From Vermamoeba vermiformis (lineage: Eukaryota), in assembly GCA_045837725.1 (NCBI GenBank), contig JBEWZL010000163.1, forward strand, positions 310,001 through 374,000: a stretch of 64,000 nt of DNA, read 5' to 3'. Position 1 is the first letter of the stretch. Each line of letters begins with the position of its first letter. The translations under genes were made by a program, and so were the position numbers. The notes beneath the pieces were generated by a model, which was given only the letters and a program-made list of their open reading frames with translations, did not search any database and had not been told where the DNA came from. This document shows positions 1 to 10,957 of the stretch, in pieces.

Positions 1-2141
1 GCTCAATCTCGCTGGAGGTGTAGTAAACTTTGGCATTAATTCAAGCACTAGAGTCATCAAGGGTAGTCTCCATCTGGTGGATCGATCTGTTGGTACTTCG
101 GTCAACATTACCAAGTCTGCTATTGGCTTAGTCAGAAATAGTATCAACTTGGGATGTGACCTGGCAGTCGGCGTCGTCGATGTAGGCAAGAACTTGACCA
201 CGGGCGTCATCAAGGTAATTTGCAACAAGATCCCGATCGCACGATCCGAGGCTCGAAATTTCTGCAGAAACTTGCACCAATGCCTTATCCAAAAAGATAT
301 ATGATACATGTCACTAACAATGATATAGAATGTCGAAGGAAAAGTCGAGTACGCAACGGAGACGACCAAGAAGATCCTGCACATCGACATGCCTCGTTTG
401 ATGCCCGCGATGAAGACGCACGCTAAACTCCAGGTACTGCTTCAATCTGCAACTATGCCAGGATATACATATGTTCCATCGACTTTGACTAAATATGTTC
501 CCATCTCTGAACTACAGATCGACGAAGAAGAAAGCCTCATTAATCGTAATAGACTTAAGAAGGCCGTTAAGGGCCACGAGAAGAGCGAAGTCGCCGATTT
601 AACTCGCTTGATGATGGTCGCTGAAGAATGGAACGCTGATGTCAACAAAGAGTCCCCGATCGTCAGCAAAGCCGAAAAGAAAGGACAAAAGAAAGACGTT
701 GGTGTTAAGAAGGCCAAAGCTCCTGAAGCTGCTGGTGCCAAGGCTGGAAAGTACGAACGAGAAGAAGGCCTCGAAAGCAAGAAACGCAAGGTTTCAGAAC
801 ATTTGCCAAGACCACAACTCATCTCGTTGGCGTTCAAGAACGAATTGGCTGAGAAGCGCAGAGACTTCGAGAGAAGACGCCCCAAGCGTCCTTTGAGCGA
901 CAAGCTCAAGCTCGACATTCAATCCCGTCGCAAGGCCTTTGACGAGCGGATGTCACGCCAACAACTCTTCAACGCCACTGAATTCAAGCGCGAGTTGATT
1001 GAAATGCGCCGCGAATTTGATCAAAGACGCGAACTGAAGATTGAAGAACAAAGACATCGACGCGAGGTTGAAATCAAGCGCAAAGAGTTCCAAGAACGTA
1101 AACAACACGACAAAAAATTGAAGAAGCAACACGCCCAAGAAAAGAAGCACGACGAAGAGGTGCGATTGCTGTCGCAAAAGGAGAAGAAACAACGTCAATT
1201 GGAGAACCAACGCAAACACGAAGAAGAAGAGAAACAAACTCACGAGCAACAAGAGTAAGTAAAAAAGATGACACGCTACTAATGATCACGTGACTGATTT
1301 CCTTTTTAGGCAACTGAGAGAGCGCAGAAGACTCGCCAAGGAAGAGAAATTGAAGCGCGATGTTGAAATAAAGCGACGAATGGACTACGAAGAGGCCATG
1401 AAACGCGACGCCGAAAAGAGACAACAACAGAAGCACGAGAAGGAAATTAAAGGCAATAAGATCAACAAAGACAAGATCTGGACTTTGAAGGCCGAGAACG
1501 CTGCTTTGCGCGAAACCCTTGCTCGTTTGAAGGAAGAGAAGTTGATTGCTTACTCCGAGCACTTCCCCACTCTGCCCAAGAAAGAAGAGTCCCTCGAGTC
1601 CTATGAAAAACACCCTGTCGCTGAAAAGCCTAAGCAAGTTGAAAAGCCCAAAGAAGAGCTCAAGAAAGAAAAGCCCAAGCAAATTGAAAAGCCTAAGAAA
1701 GAGCTCAAGAAAGAAAAGCCCGAGTCCGTTCAAAAAGAAAGACTGCCTCTGGATCAGGCGCAAGAAATCATGGCCTCTAATGTCCTGTCCAAGCCCATCG
1801 AAGGCCAAGAAGGCAAGCTCGGCGAGTCCGAACAGGCTAAGGAGGTCGAGAAGCCCGTTGAAAAAGAGGAAGAACTCACGGCCACGGACAAGTACTTTGT
1901 GCAACACGTCGTGCAGCCCAACATTAGCTTCGCTGACGCTGTCAAGATGAACCCTGAAGAAGCTGAACAAAAGCGCAAGCGATTCGAGGAACAACAAGCC
2001 AAGAAAGATGTCGCGCAAGAGTTCCACCGCGACAAGCATGCAGTGGCCCAAGAGGTCGTGTTGCAAGAGATGAAAGCTGCGCCTATCAAGACTGAGAACC
2101 CCTTCGATATTTTGAACCAAGCCGATGCTATTTCTGCTTAA
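1..2141 (+). CDS. Lys/Glu/Arg-rich predicted coiled-coil protein, 5'-truncated by the window edge, multi-exon
   Basis: Open frame from base 2. GT-AG introns at about 214-328, 433-517 and 1255-1309 join ORFs 389..1258 and 1290..2141 (stop TAA at 2141). Highly charged helical sequence with internal repeats. No family recognised. Confidence 0.75.
1623..1722 (+). repeat. Coding tandem repeat, ~45-bp unit x2+ (EKPKQVEKPKEELKK / EKPKQIEKPKKELKK)
   Basis: gaaaagcctaagcaagttgaaaagcccaaagaagagctcaagaaa followed by gaaaagcccaagcaaattgaaaagcctaagaaagagctcaagaaa. Confidence 0.85.
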
Positions 2142-2385
2142 AGTGTAGTTAACCTGGTGTTAAATTTTGTTTTATAGTTTGTAAATAAAATACTTAAATA
2201 ACTCGAAGCGAATTTTCAATCAAAAATATCTTGCTCGAGAGCAACACAAGGCTATTCATTGGTAAGGAATCAGACAAAATTTATTAACAATTACATTATA
2301 AATATCCAGTGTTTGGTATTATCCTAACAAAGCTTCAAAATTTCAATTTAGATCTCGGCTATTTCGCTAATGACTAATTTTTCAG

Positions 2386-5147
2386 ATGTGGAACATAATT
2401 GGCAAACGTGTTGTTGTTGCAACCAAGGCAATCCGATCCCATAGTCGGTGGCAGCAATTTAGATCAAGATCGGTGACATACGCCACAACAACCAAAAAAT
2501 ACGAAGAATTATATCAACAATCAATAAATAATCCAGAAAAATTTTGGGGCGATGCGGCAGCACAATCAATTACTTGGTACGAACACAAATCAAGATCTGA
2601 AATTGAAAACTCTGACACAGCGTTTTTCTAATGCGCAAGAATATTAATTAGGTTTAAACCATTTGATCAAGTATTAGATAAGTCTAATCCACCGTTTTAT
2701 CGATGGTTCAAAGGTGGAATAATGAACACGTGTTACAATTGCCTTGACGTACAAGTCCAGCAAGGAAGAGGCGAGCAAACAGCACTAATATGGGACAGTC
2801 CAGTATCAGTACGTTATCTTATTGATATATATTCCTGGAACTAATAAAATATACCGAACAGAATTCAATCAAGAAAATCACGTACAATCAGCTCTTAGTG
2901 GACGTGCGCAAATTCGCCAAAATATTGAAGTCCATGGGTGTGCAGAAAGGTGATCGAGTAGTTATATATATGCCTATGATACCTGAAGCTGCTGTAGCGA
3001 TGTTGGCTTGTGCTCGAATAGGCGCTGTGCACAGCGTAGTTTTCGGCGGTTTTGCATCGGACCAACTCGCGACACGCATTAACCACGCTAAGGCAAAGGT
3101 AGTACTTGGCATCTATACTGCATTGCAATTAATTAGCTTTGTATCTAGATTGTCATTACGGCTAATTTTAGCATCGAACCTACGCACCAAGTCGAGTACA
3201 AACCGATGGTCGATCACGCCATTGAACTATCAGACCACAAGCCCAGTGCGTGCATTGTGTACCACGTAAGACCGTAGTCGTGCGATAGATAATCAGGGTC
3301 TAATAGTTCTCAGAGGGAGATTTCATCTGGCATGAAGATCACGCCGGCACAAATGCACGAAGGATTTGACTTTGATTGGCAGACATTGATGCGCAGTGTC
3401 ACAGTTGACCCAAAGAGGTATACATATATTAAAATAGCACCTAATGTGACTAATTCCTTTCGCAGAGATGACACCGTGGAACATCTCAGCGCTTTGGATC
3501 CGCTGTACATCCTGTATACTTCTGGCACGACAGGTACGATACTTATAGCATTAAATTGCTACCGACGAACTAAATATCTCCCAGGCAATCCCAAGGGTGT
3601 TGTGCGCGACAACGGAGGTCACGCCGTGGCACTGAAGTGGAGTTTGAGTCACGTGTTTGACATTCAGCCCGGTGATGTCTGGTGGGCCGCGTCAGACATT
3701 GGTTGGGCAGTGAGTCACAGTTTGACCGTGTATGGACCTCTGTTGCAAGGAGCAACAGCAATCATGTACGAGGGAAAGCCTGTGGGCACGCCTGATGTAA
3801 GTGAACATATTATTTGTAGAATTCAAAAAGTTGATGCGGTGTGTTGATAGGCGGGTGCATATTGGCGTGTTTTGTCTGAGCACAAAGCCAAGAGTATATT
3901 TGCTGCTCCAACAGCTATTCGTGCAATGAAGCGAGAAGATCCGGAGGGCAAATTAATTACTAAATACGGTAATTTTGCTAACCTGAACCACAATGTCACT
4001 TTCTAATTCATTTTATAGATCTGTCTTCGCTGAGAACGGTGTTTCTCGCAGGGTAAGTGCACACGATTCATTTTTGGTACAAATGGACTGACCAATCACA
4101 GCGAGCGCGTAGATCCAGACACGTTGTTGTGGACTCAATCGCTGTTGAAGGACAAGCCAGTCATCGATCACTGGTGGCAGACAGAGACTGCATGGCCCGT
4201 GTCAGCCAATTCAACGGTCTATGGACTGTTCGATGTCAAGCCTGGCTCGTGTGGCAAACCAGTCCCGGGCTATGACGTGAAGATCTTTGATCCTGACGGC
4301 AATTCTGTGCCTGCTGGTCACTTGGGCGATGTTGTCATTAAGTTGCCGGTAAGTATTAATATCCGATTAGCACGCACCTAATGAAGTTGTTCAGTTGCCT
4401 CCTGGCTGTCTGACAACACTGTATCAAAATGACGCGGGCTTCAAAGAAGCGTATTTCAACACGTACCACGGCTACTACCGCACAGGGTACGACTCGGACT
4501 ATGTATCAATGCGTCCTAACTGATATTTGTACAGCGATGCAGGCATGTTCGACACTGACGGCTACTTGCACATATTGTCACGTGTTGACGACATCATCAA
4601 AGTTGCTGGCCACAGATTGGCCACAGGCAGCATTGAAGAGGCACTGGCTGCGCACCCTGATGTCGCTGAATGTGCCGTGATTGGTGTCGAAGACTCAATC
4701 AAAGGTGAAGTGCCGCTGGGTCTCATAGTGCTCAAGTCAGGCGTGAATAGAGACCACACGCTCATCGTGAGTGAGTGTATTGAGGTAGGTCTTTTGACAC
4801 TTTGACATGTGACACGTGTCAAACAGTAACGCATTTGTTTGCAGCGAGTAAGAGAGCACGTGGGCCCAGTTGCAGCCTTCAGAAAGTGTGTTGTGGTCCA
4901 TCAACTGCCCAAGACTCGGTCAGGCAAGATACTGCGCGCAACTCTAAGACAAATTGCCAACTCACTCGACTTCAAAGTACCGCCCACGATTGGTCCGTTA
5001 GAAGAAAGTTATCTGTATTTATATTGATGTATTCTATTAACAGACAATGCCTCGGCACTCGATCACGTCATTGAACGATTGAACACGATTGGTCACGCTC
5101 AAAAACACAAGGCAAAGGTACGCACGAGCACTGGATCTGGTCTTTAA
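2386..5147 (+). CDS. ACSS3: Short-chain acyl-CoA synthetase (ACSS3 / propionate-CoA ligase PrpE-like), multi-exon, probable mitochondrial presequence
   Basis: Motifs [79 protein letters not shown]-terminus is Arg-rich and acid-free. The 3' end is uncertain. Confidence 0.9.
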
Positions 5148-5441
5148 CGTACATTGTCTATCATCCAAACAAATTGGTTGCTCCTTGGTCTGGCGTAATT
5201 GCAACAAAGCGATTTCAGGAATACTATTACTGATTCTAAATGGCTGGTGAATGAGTTTAAACTTTAGAGTCACATCCGTTTGCGAAAGATTAAATTCTAT
5301 CAAACTATTACTTTCCTATTTACATCATATTTACAAAATGATAAGCATATTTAGACCAAAAGAACTTGTGTTTCAATGCCTCCTTTGCCGTGATTCGTCC
5401 GATCGGATCGCCACCGATCAACTCTTCGAGCAAGTCGCAAG

Positions 5442-6190
5442 TCACGGGACATCCAATTCGCGCATAATATTGTTGTCTGGCCTCGATGGGAATGAGACAA
5501 TTGGGGTACAGTGGACATATGTCTTGGTCGAGCAGCTAAAGCACGGTGTTAGTAAGCTAATTATTTCTGGATGTGCCTTATTTGTTTGGCTTACCAGCTC
5601 TAACATCAGAACTCCTGCATGACGCAGATCGTACTCGCATTTATCGTAATTGATGTCGTGTATATAAGGAGATACTACAGTGTTGTCTCCATCTTCAGTT
5701 TTAGCGAAGTTGATCAAGTAGATGTGTGGCTTGTTGCGTCTTTTGTTCCATCGCCAGGTGATAGATTCGGGACCAATATTCTTATGCAACATCTCTCGCT
5801 TTTGTAGGCAGGCCAGTGCCTTATACAAGAGAGTTAGTCTGGAGGATCACGAATCCACTTGCGGAACGGTACCTTCAATAGCTGGCGCATAACAGTCCTG
5901 GTGTACGGACGAAGTGTAGCTCGACAATAATTATTATAGTGCGGAATTATGAACACGTAACGGTGTAGATCGCGTGAACGTGTTGCCAATTTGGGTTTGC
6001 TGATGTACCGGCATACCGTGCCGAGATGCAATATTACGTGCACGTAACGTTCTCCTCCACGTCCGGCCTTTTGAATGGAAAGACTATACACTTTATCATC
6101 GTTCATAAGAAGAATGTATTTTCTTTCAATTTCGTCGATTGATTGGATTTGCTCCTGGTCGTAGAGCTCATAATTTTGGATTTTAGATTT
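5442..6190 (-). CDS. Divergent protein-kinase-like (pseudokinase) protein
   Basis: ORF 5442..5828 has LHKNIGPESI (catalytic-loop-like), HIYLINFA (DFG-like) and YDLRHAGVLMLEL (alphaF-like). An upstream exon lies in ORF 5834..6106. Start not resolved. Confidence 0.5.
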
Positions 6191-6718
6191 AATATCCGAG
6201 GCACCACTAAATTATGTTAGTAAGTTTAGTTGAGTTATTAAGAAATCATTTTCGAAACTTACCCTAATCTGGTCAAAAATTCAGCTAAAGTAATTCGAGG
6301 AGATACAAGGGCAATGGACTTTTCCACGCAGCTTGCTATGGTTGCCATTGTATTCTTCGTTGTGTTTCACAGACTTTAATTTAAGTTGAACACAAAAAAA
6401 AAACGGCTTGCAGAAAAAGCGGCAAAAACAGTTCGGACTCAGGAAGTATTTTTCGTCGAGGCCTGCGCCGAACAAATTATTATATAGATTACGACCGTCA
6501 GTTCCGTCTTCTCAAACGAACATATTGCCTTAAAAGGCCGCAAGGAAATTTCTTTGGTGACCGTAGGGTGGACAGGATTATCCTAAAGTAATCGAATATT
6601 GACAATGGAGGACATAGAGTCTTTGAACCGAGAAGAATTTAATTCGTCACTGTTGTATTTGTACGTAAGGACGGGTCTGAATTCTTTTATTTCTTTGTTT
6701 CGCCCTTTTTACATTACA

Positions 6719-6913
6719 TTATATTCTATCAGATAGATTGATATTAATCGGAATTAAATTCGAATAAGTAACGTTGTCCCAAGTGCCTGGCGGAGGTCTG
6801 CGCGAGAAGAACGGATCTGAGCTTCGTAAATACAACATGTCGTACTTGTAGCGAATATATATCGTGAACTTCTCCGGCAGTTCTATCTTACGACGCTTAA
6901 TACGCGGGTCATT

Positions 6914-6945
<32 letters not shown>

Positions 6946-7910
6946 CATCGTCGTCGTCTTCTGAGAGATTAAAATGTAATTTGTCCGCGCGGCTAAATGA
7001 CAATCGTACGTTGTCAGCTGTTCTTGGAATTCTATCCGTTATTAATTCATCACAAAATGAGTCTGTTGGTAGCGGCCTGATTAACAAACAAGCCATTATT
7101 AATAATAATTCAAAGTGGATTTGGATGCGGATCTCATAACTTACGATGTTAGTGTGCCAAATGCGCCATATATTATTTCGTTTCCTGGAAGAATTGTTTC
7201 GATGATATTATTAGCACCTAATAAACGTTAGTACGTTAATTCAAGGACGGATCCGTTCCGAATTATTGATCCATTACCTGTGCCACACAGTCTTCGCAAG
7301 TCCATTATATTTCCTGATTTAGACAACGGACTTGGCACTCGATAAAATTGAATGCAACTGCCGCTGTTGAAATAAATAGCAGCGGTGACACCGAAGCCTC
7401 TGTTTGTAGCACCAACTAGCAAAGTAATTGGTTTAGCTGAAACATTCTAAGAAAGAAATAATTAGCACTGCTAATATAATGTGGATTGATAATATGTATC
7501 AAATTTACCTTAATCGTTGTAGTTAGAATGATCTGCTCGCCATATTTGACGGTATCTTTGTTCGTTTTGACCATTATGAGCAAGCCATCCACTGCTGACG
7601 GTTGAATAAAATCCAATAGCTGTTTGTAGCTCACTAATAAAGATAAATAAATTAATTAAAGAATTTTGGTACTTTTTCTGTGCCATCGCAACGAACATCA
7701 AATTTGAACACTCGTTTTCTTACCCTCTTTAGGTGGGTTTGAGTTAATCGCCCATGGATAAAAAATTTCAATCACTTTTTTCCAAGCCAAATCGTTGCTA
7801 AGAAAGGTCGAAATGGATTTGCAAACACATCTGAATCTACGAAGCTTGTCAAAAGGATCATATGCCCGCACTATTATTTCTGTAATAATATCCGAGGGCA
7901 AGCTGTTCAT
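6719..7910 (-). CDS. F-box protein, multi-exon
   Basis: N-terminal MNSLPSDIITEIIVRAY...LRRFRCVCKSI...LAWK F-box pattern. Downstream exons run through ORF 6719..7096 with an Asp/Asn-rich tract. Confidence 0.75.
6909..6960. repeat. (ATT/ATC/GTC)n trinucleotide microsatellite encoding poly-Asp/Asn
   Basis: tcattattatcattatcattattattattattattatcatcgtcgtcgtc translates on the minus strand as DDDDDNNNNNNDNDNND. Confidence 0.85.
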
Positions 7911-8123
7911 AGTTGTGGTGTTTTAATGCTGGAAACTAGCGAAATGCCTTTGCTTCACACCCACGTGTCCGCAAGAAAATTCCCGGAAATCCGCCAAGCC
8001 CTGGTTGATGTGTGCGATCGCCTGGCATTCTTTGATCAGTCAATAATGAAATACTTTAGGGCTACGTTTCGGCTCTAAGACCAGATCGAGATCTAACTGT
8101 TTTTGTCTTCAAGTCCTATCGTC

Positions 8124-10706
8124 CTATTTCTTAGCGCTGAACTGCTCCCCGTACTGTCGGTGCAACAATTGCTCCAATTTAATGACACGTGTCTGGTGCT
8201 CACGGTCATTTTCATCGCGTTGCCGTTTGACACGTTCTCGCTCTTGTTCCATCACAGCACTCGTCTTCGCAACACTTCTCATAGTCTCTTTGGCATGCTG
8301 CTCTTCTTCGCGGTACAACGTGGACTCTTGCGGCTCGGCATTGGTCTAGCGAACAGATCTAGGTTAGATCCGCTTAGTACTAACACTCAAATCAACTGAC
8401 CTTTTGTGTTTGTTTGCTAATACTCTCTTGCAAGAACTCAATGGGGATTATTTGTGGCTTGATAATTTGATCGATGCGCATCAGCACTTGAGCCAATTCG
8501 AGTGTGGTACTCATCGCTATTTTTCAATCGTTAGATCTAACGTACCAATAATACAAGATACATGAGAGCTATAAATATCATATATAGGTCCATGCTACGT
8601 ACTCTTTTCAATCACGAAATAACTGTCGAGTATGACTGGCCGTTGATTTTCTTCGAATTGATTCGTGTGCGCGCGTATGTTGTGCACGAGCTGATGATGC
8701 ACGCCATTCAATGCCTCAACTATTGCTTCTATTGCACGCACGTGACTGGCGTCTGTGACAGTATTTGATGCTATTTTTAGCTTTTTGATTAGGGCTGTCA
8801 TCCAATGACCCGCGCCTTTGAGCACCTTCAGAGATTTGATTTGTGTGTCACCGACGTGCATTGAATTCGATACTAATAGTAGAGCCTAATAAAAATACAT
8901 ACGGTAGACTTGCTCTTATGATCAATTAATCAATAGCCACTACGTACTTGTTTGGCCAGATCTGAAATGCCAAGGCCTTTCAAAAGGAGATTATACGGCA
9001 TAGTCGTGTAAGTACTCCCATCGTTATTATTATTATTATTCGTATAAATCAATGCCCATTGCTCTTCTCGGCCAATACTATTGTTGTCGTTGATGATAGC
9101 AGCAAAAGGTCCGTAGTACGCTGTTACATTCGAGATCTGACTTTGAGGCTCGGTAATTGGCTTAATAGCACTACAATCCCAATACTCTTCAATAGATATA
9201 TGCCTCTTAAGGTATTTGACCATTTCCTAATTCAGAAATAAAGTTAGATCTAAGAATATAGTGGAGGTATTTAATTTTGAAAAGATCTGAGAAACGTTCA
9301 AAAGTGTTTAAAAATTAATATTATGCTCGTATATGACTAATAATTTAAATATATATGGACTATTTACCTCGCTGGCTTGAAATACAAGCACGCCATAATT
9401 AGTTAGGAGATGTAAGGCAATTGCACCGATAGGCTGCGTGATGAATAAGATCGATGCACCTGATTCGATCACTTTCATAGTAGCAGTTGTTATAATCTAT
9501 ATATAATTAAAATTAGAAAGCTAATTTACGAAAATAAGATCCGGATCTGTTTTGTACTGACCTTTCTGTCCTCTTCTTCGATTCTCATTCGCTCTTCAGT
9601 ACTACCATATACTAATTTAGGCCCTTTTGTCTTATTGGTTGCTAATTTAGATTCTAAACTCGCATGAAGAACAATCGGTTTCGGATTCACAAGCTTCAAT
9701 CCAATTTTAACGTTCACAGCCTACAGTATTATTATTAAGCCGCGTTATAATATATTCTAGTATATATCTTACATTAATAGGCAATATTAGGCCCTTTACG
9801 ATCATATGATGCGAGCCTAAGGACTCTTTTGTGATTGAGTCGGGTAATTGAGGCAATGAATGCAGCGACAGTAAGTTGTAGTTATTAGTATTATAAACAA
9901 TATCGTCATTTAGGGCAACATATTTGCTAAGTCCTGCACTCAATTCCTGTGACAAGAAAGGAATATTAATATTTTGGACAAACAGATCTGCCGAGCGCGT
10001 TGATATCGCTTACTTGAGCAACTCTATCGTCCAACTTGGTGTTAATTACGCTATAGATCAATTGATAGACCTCTTCTTTCGTCTGTTTCGGATCGAGAGG
10101 TACATCCACTGTCAACTGATCGAGTTCAGGCTTCACAATACTCTAAAAGTTGAATTAGCTCGTGCAACATCGTTCGATTATGATACATACTTGATATATA
10201 TCCATTAAAGGCACCAAATGAGGCGGCACGTTTGGATCTTGCGAGTCAAAATCGTTTGCGTAATTCAACGAAGCTTTGTTCGCCGCGCGTATTAATAAGT
10301 ATAAAAATATTATACACAACGCAGATCCATCACGAGTCACAGAATAGACGGAAGAAATCATGCTTCGTAACACGTGCAAGACTGGATGAACAAGATCTGC
10401 TTGCTTTGTAGGCATTTGAAAATTAGTACCACGAGCTCTTATCGTTGTTAAATATTGTTTGTATTGTATGAGTGGATTGTTTCGCTTATTAATTCGCGGT
10501 GTAATTTCAGATGGCATCTGGCCTCTTTTACAAATTTAAACGAATCCGAATCGTACCATTATAAATGTGAACAAGCTATCCGATATATTAATATTCATAG
10601 GTCCATGAGATTGACCAGATCTTTTCTCCTCAACAAGCATGATCTTCATTGAATTTGGTCCGTAGACCTGCTTGGCGATTTCAAAAATAAAACGAATAGC
10701 CTCCAT
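8124..10706 (-). CDS. Divergent group II chaperonin-like protein (CCT/TCP-1 fold, BBS6/10/12-like degeneracy) with charged C-terminal extension
   Basis: Assembled exons give QVYGPNSMKIML (cf. LGPxGMDKM), VHPVLHVL...VTRDGSALCII (cf. HP..GDGTT), apical PIVLHASLE / ESGASILFITQPI, VLKGAGHWMTAL (cf. VPGGGAxE), AIEAIVEALNGVHHQLVHN, VILDSYFV and TTLELAQVLMRIDQII. Confidence 0.75.
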
Positions 10707-10957
10707 ATTACTATTCGTTTAATATACTGCTATGGTAGTATCATGATTAGTTGAAATAGTTTGTTTTCTAATTTTGGCGAAGGTTGTTGATCGGACAAAA
10801 AACATGCCGTGTGGTGAATCCTAAAGTTTTATTTTAACTGCTTCGAGTGACCACTTGACTATAATATTACAATTCTTCGATTGGGATCACTCATTGAGCT
10901 GGAGCTTCCTTTTTAGAAAATCTTTCCAATAACTAAGAAATTCAAAGAAGCAAACCT

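Noticed and set aside
1074-2120. Long antisense ORFs (also 442..918, 953..1252, 23363..23911, 29466..30053)
   Set aside because: Shadow ORFs opposite low-complexity or codon-biased exons, with no independent motifs.
5100-5147. Possible alternative splice after KAK in ACSS3 creating a peroxisomal AKL end
   Set aside because: A GT follows the codon, but I found no downstream acceptor giving Leu-stop.
7980-7988. TTCCCGGAA, a metazoan GAS/STAT site upstream of the F-box gene and near a STAT gene
   Set aside because: A single 9-mer can occur by chance, and Dictyostelium-type STATs are not known to use the GAS consensus.
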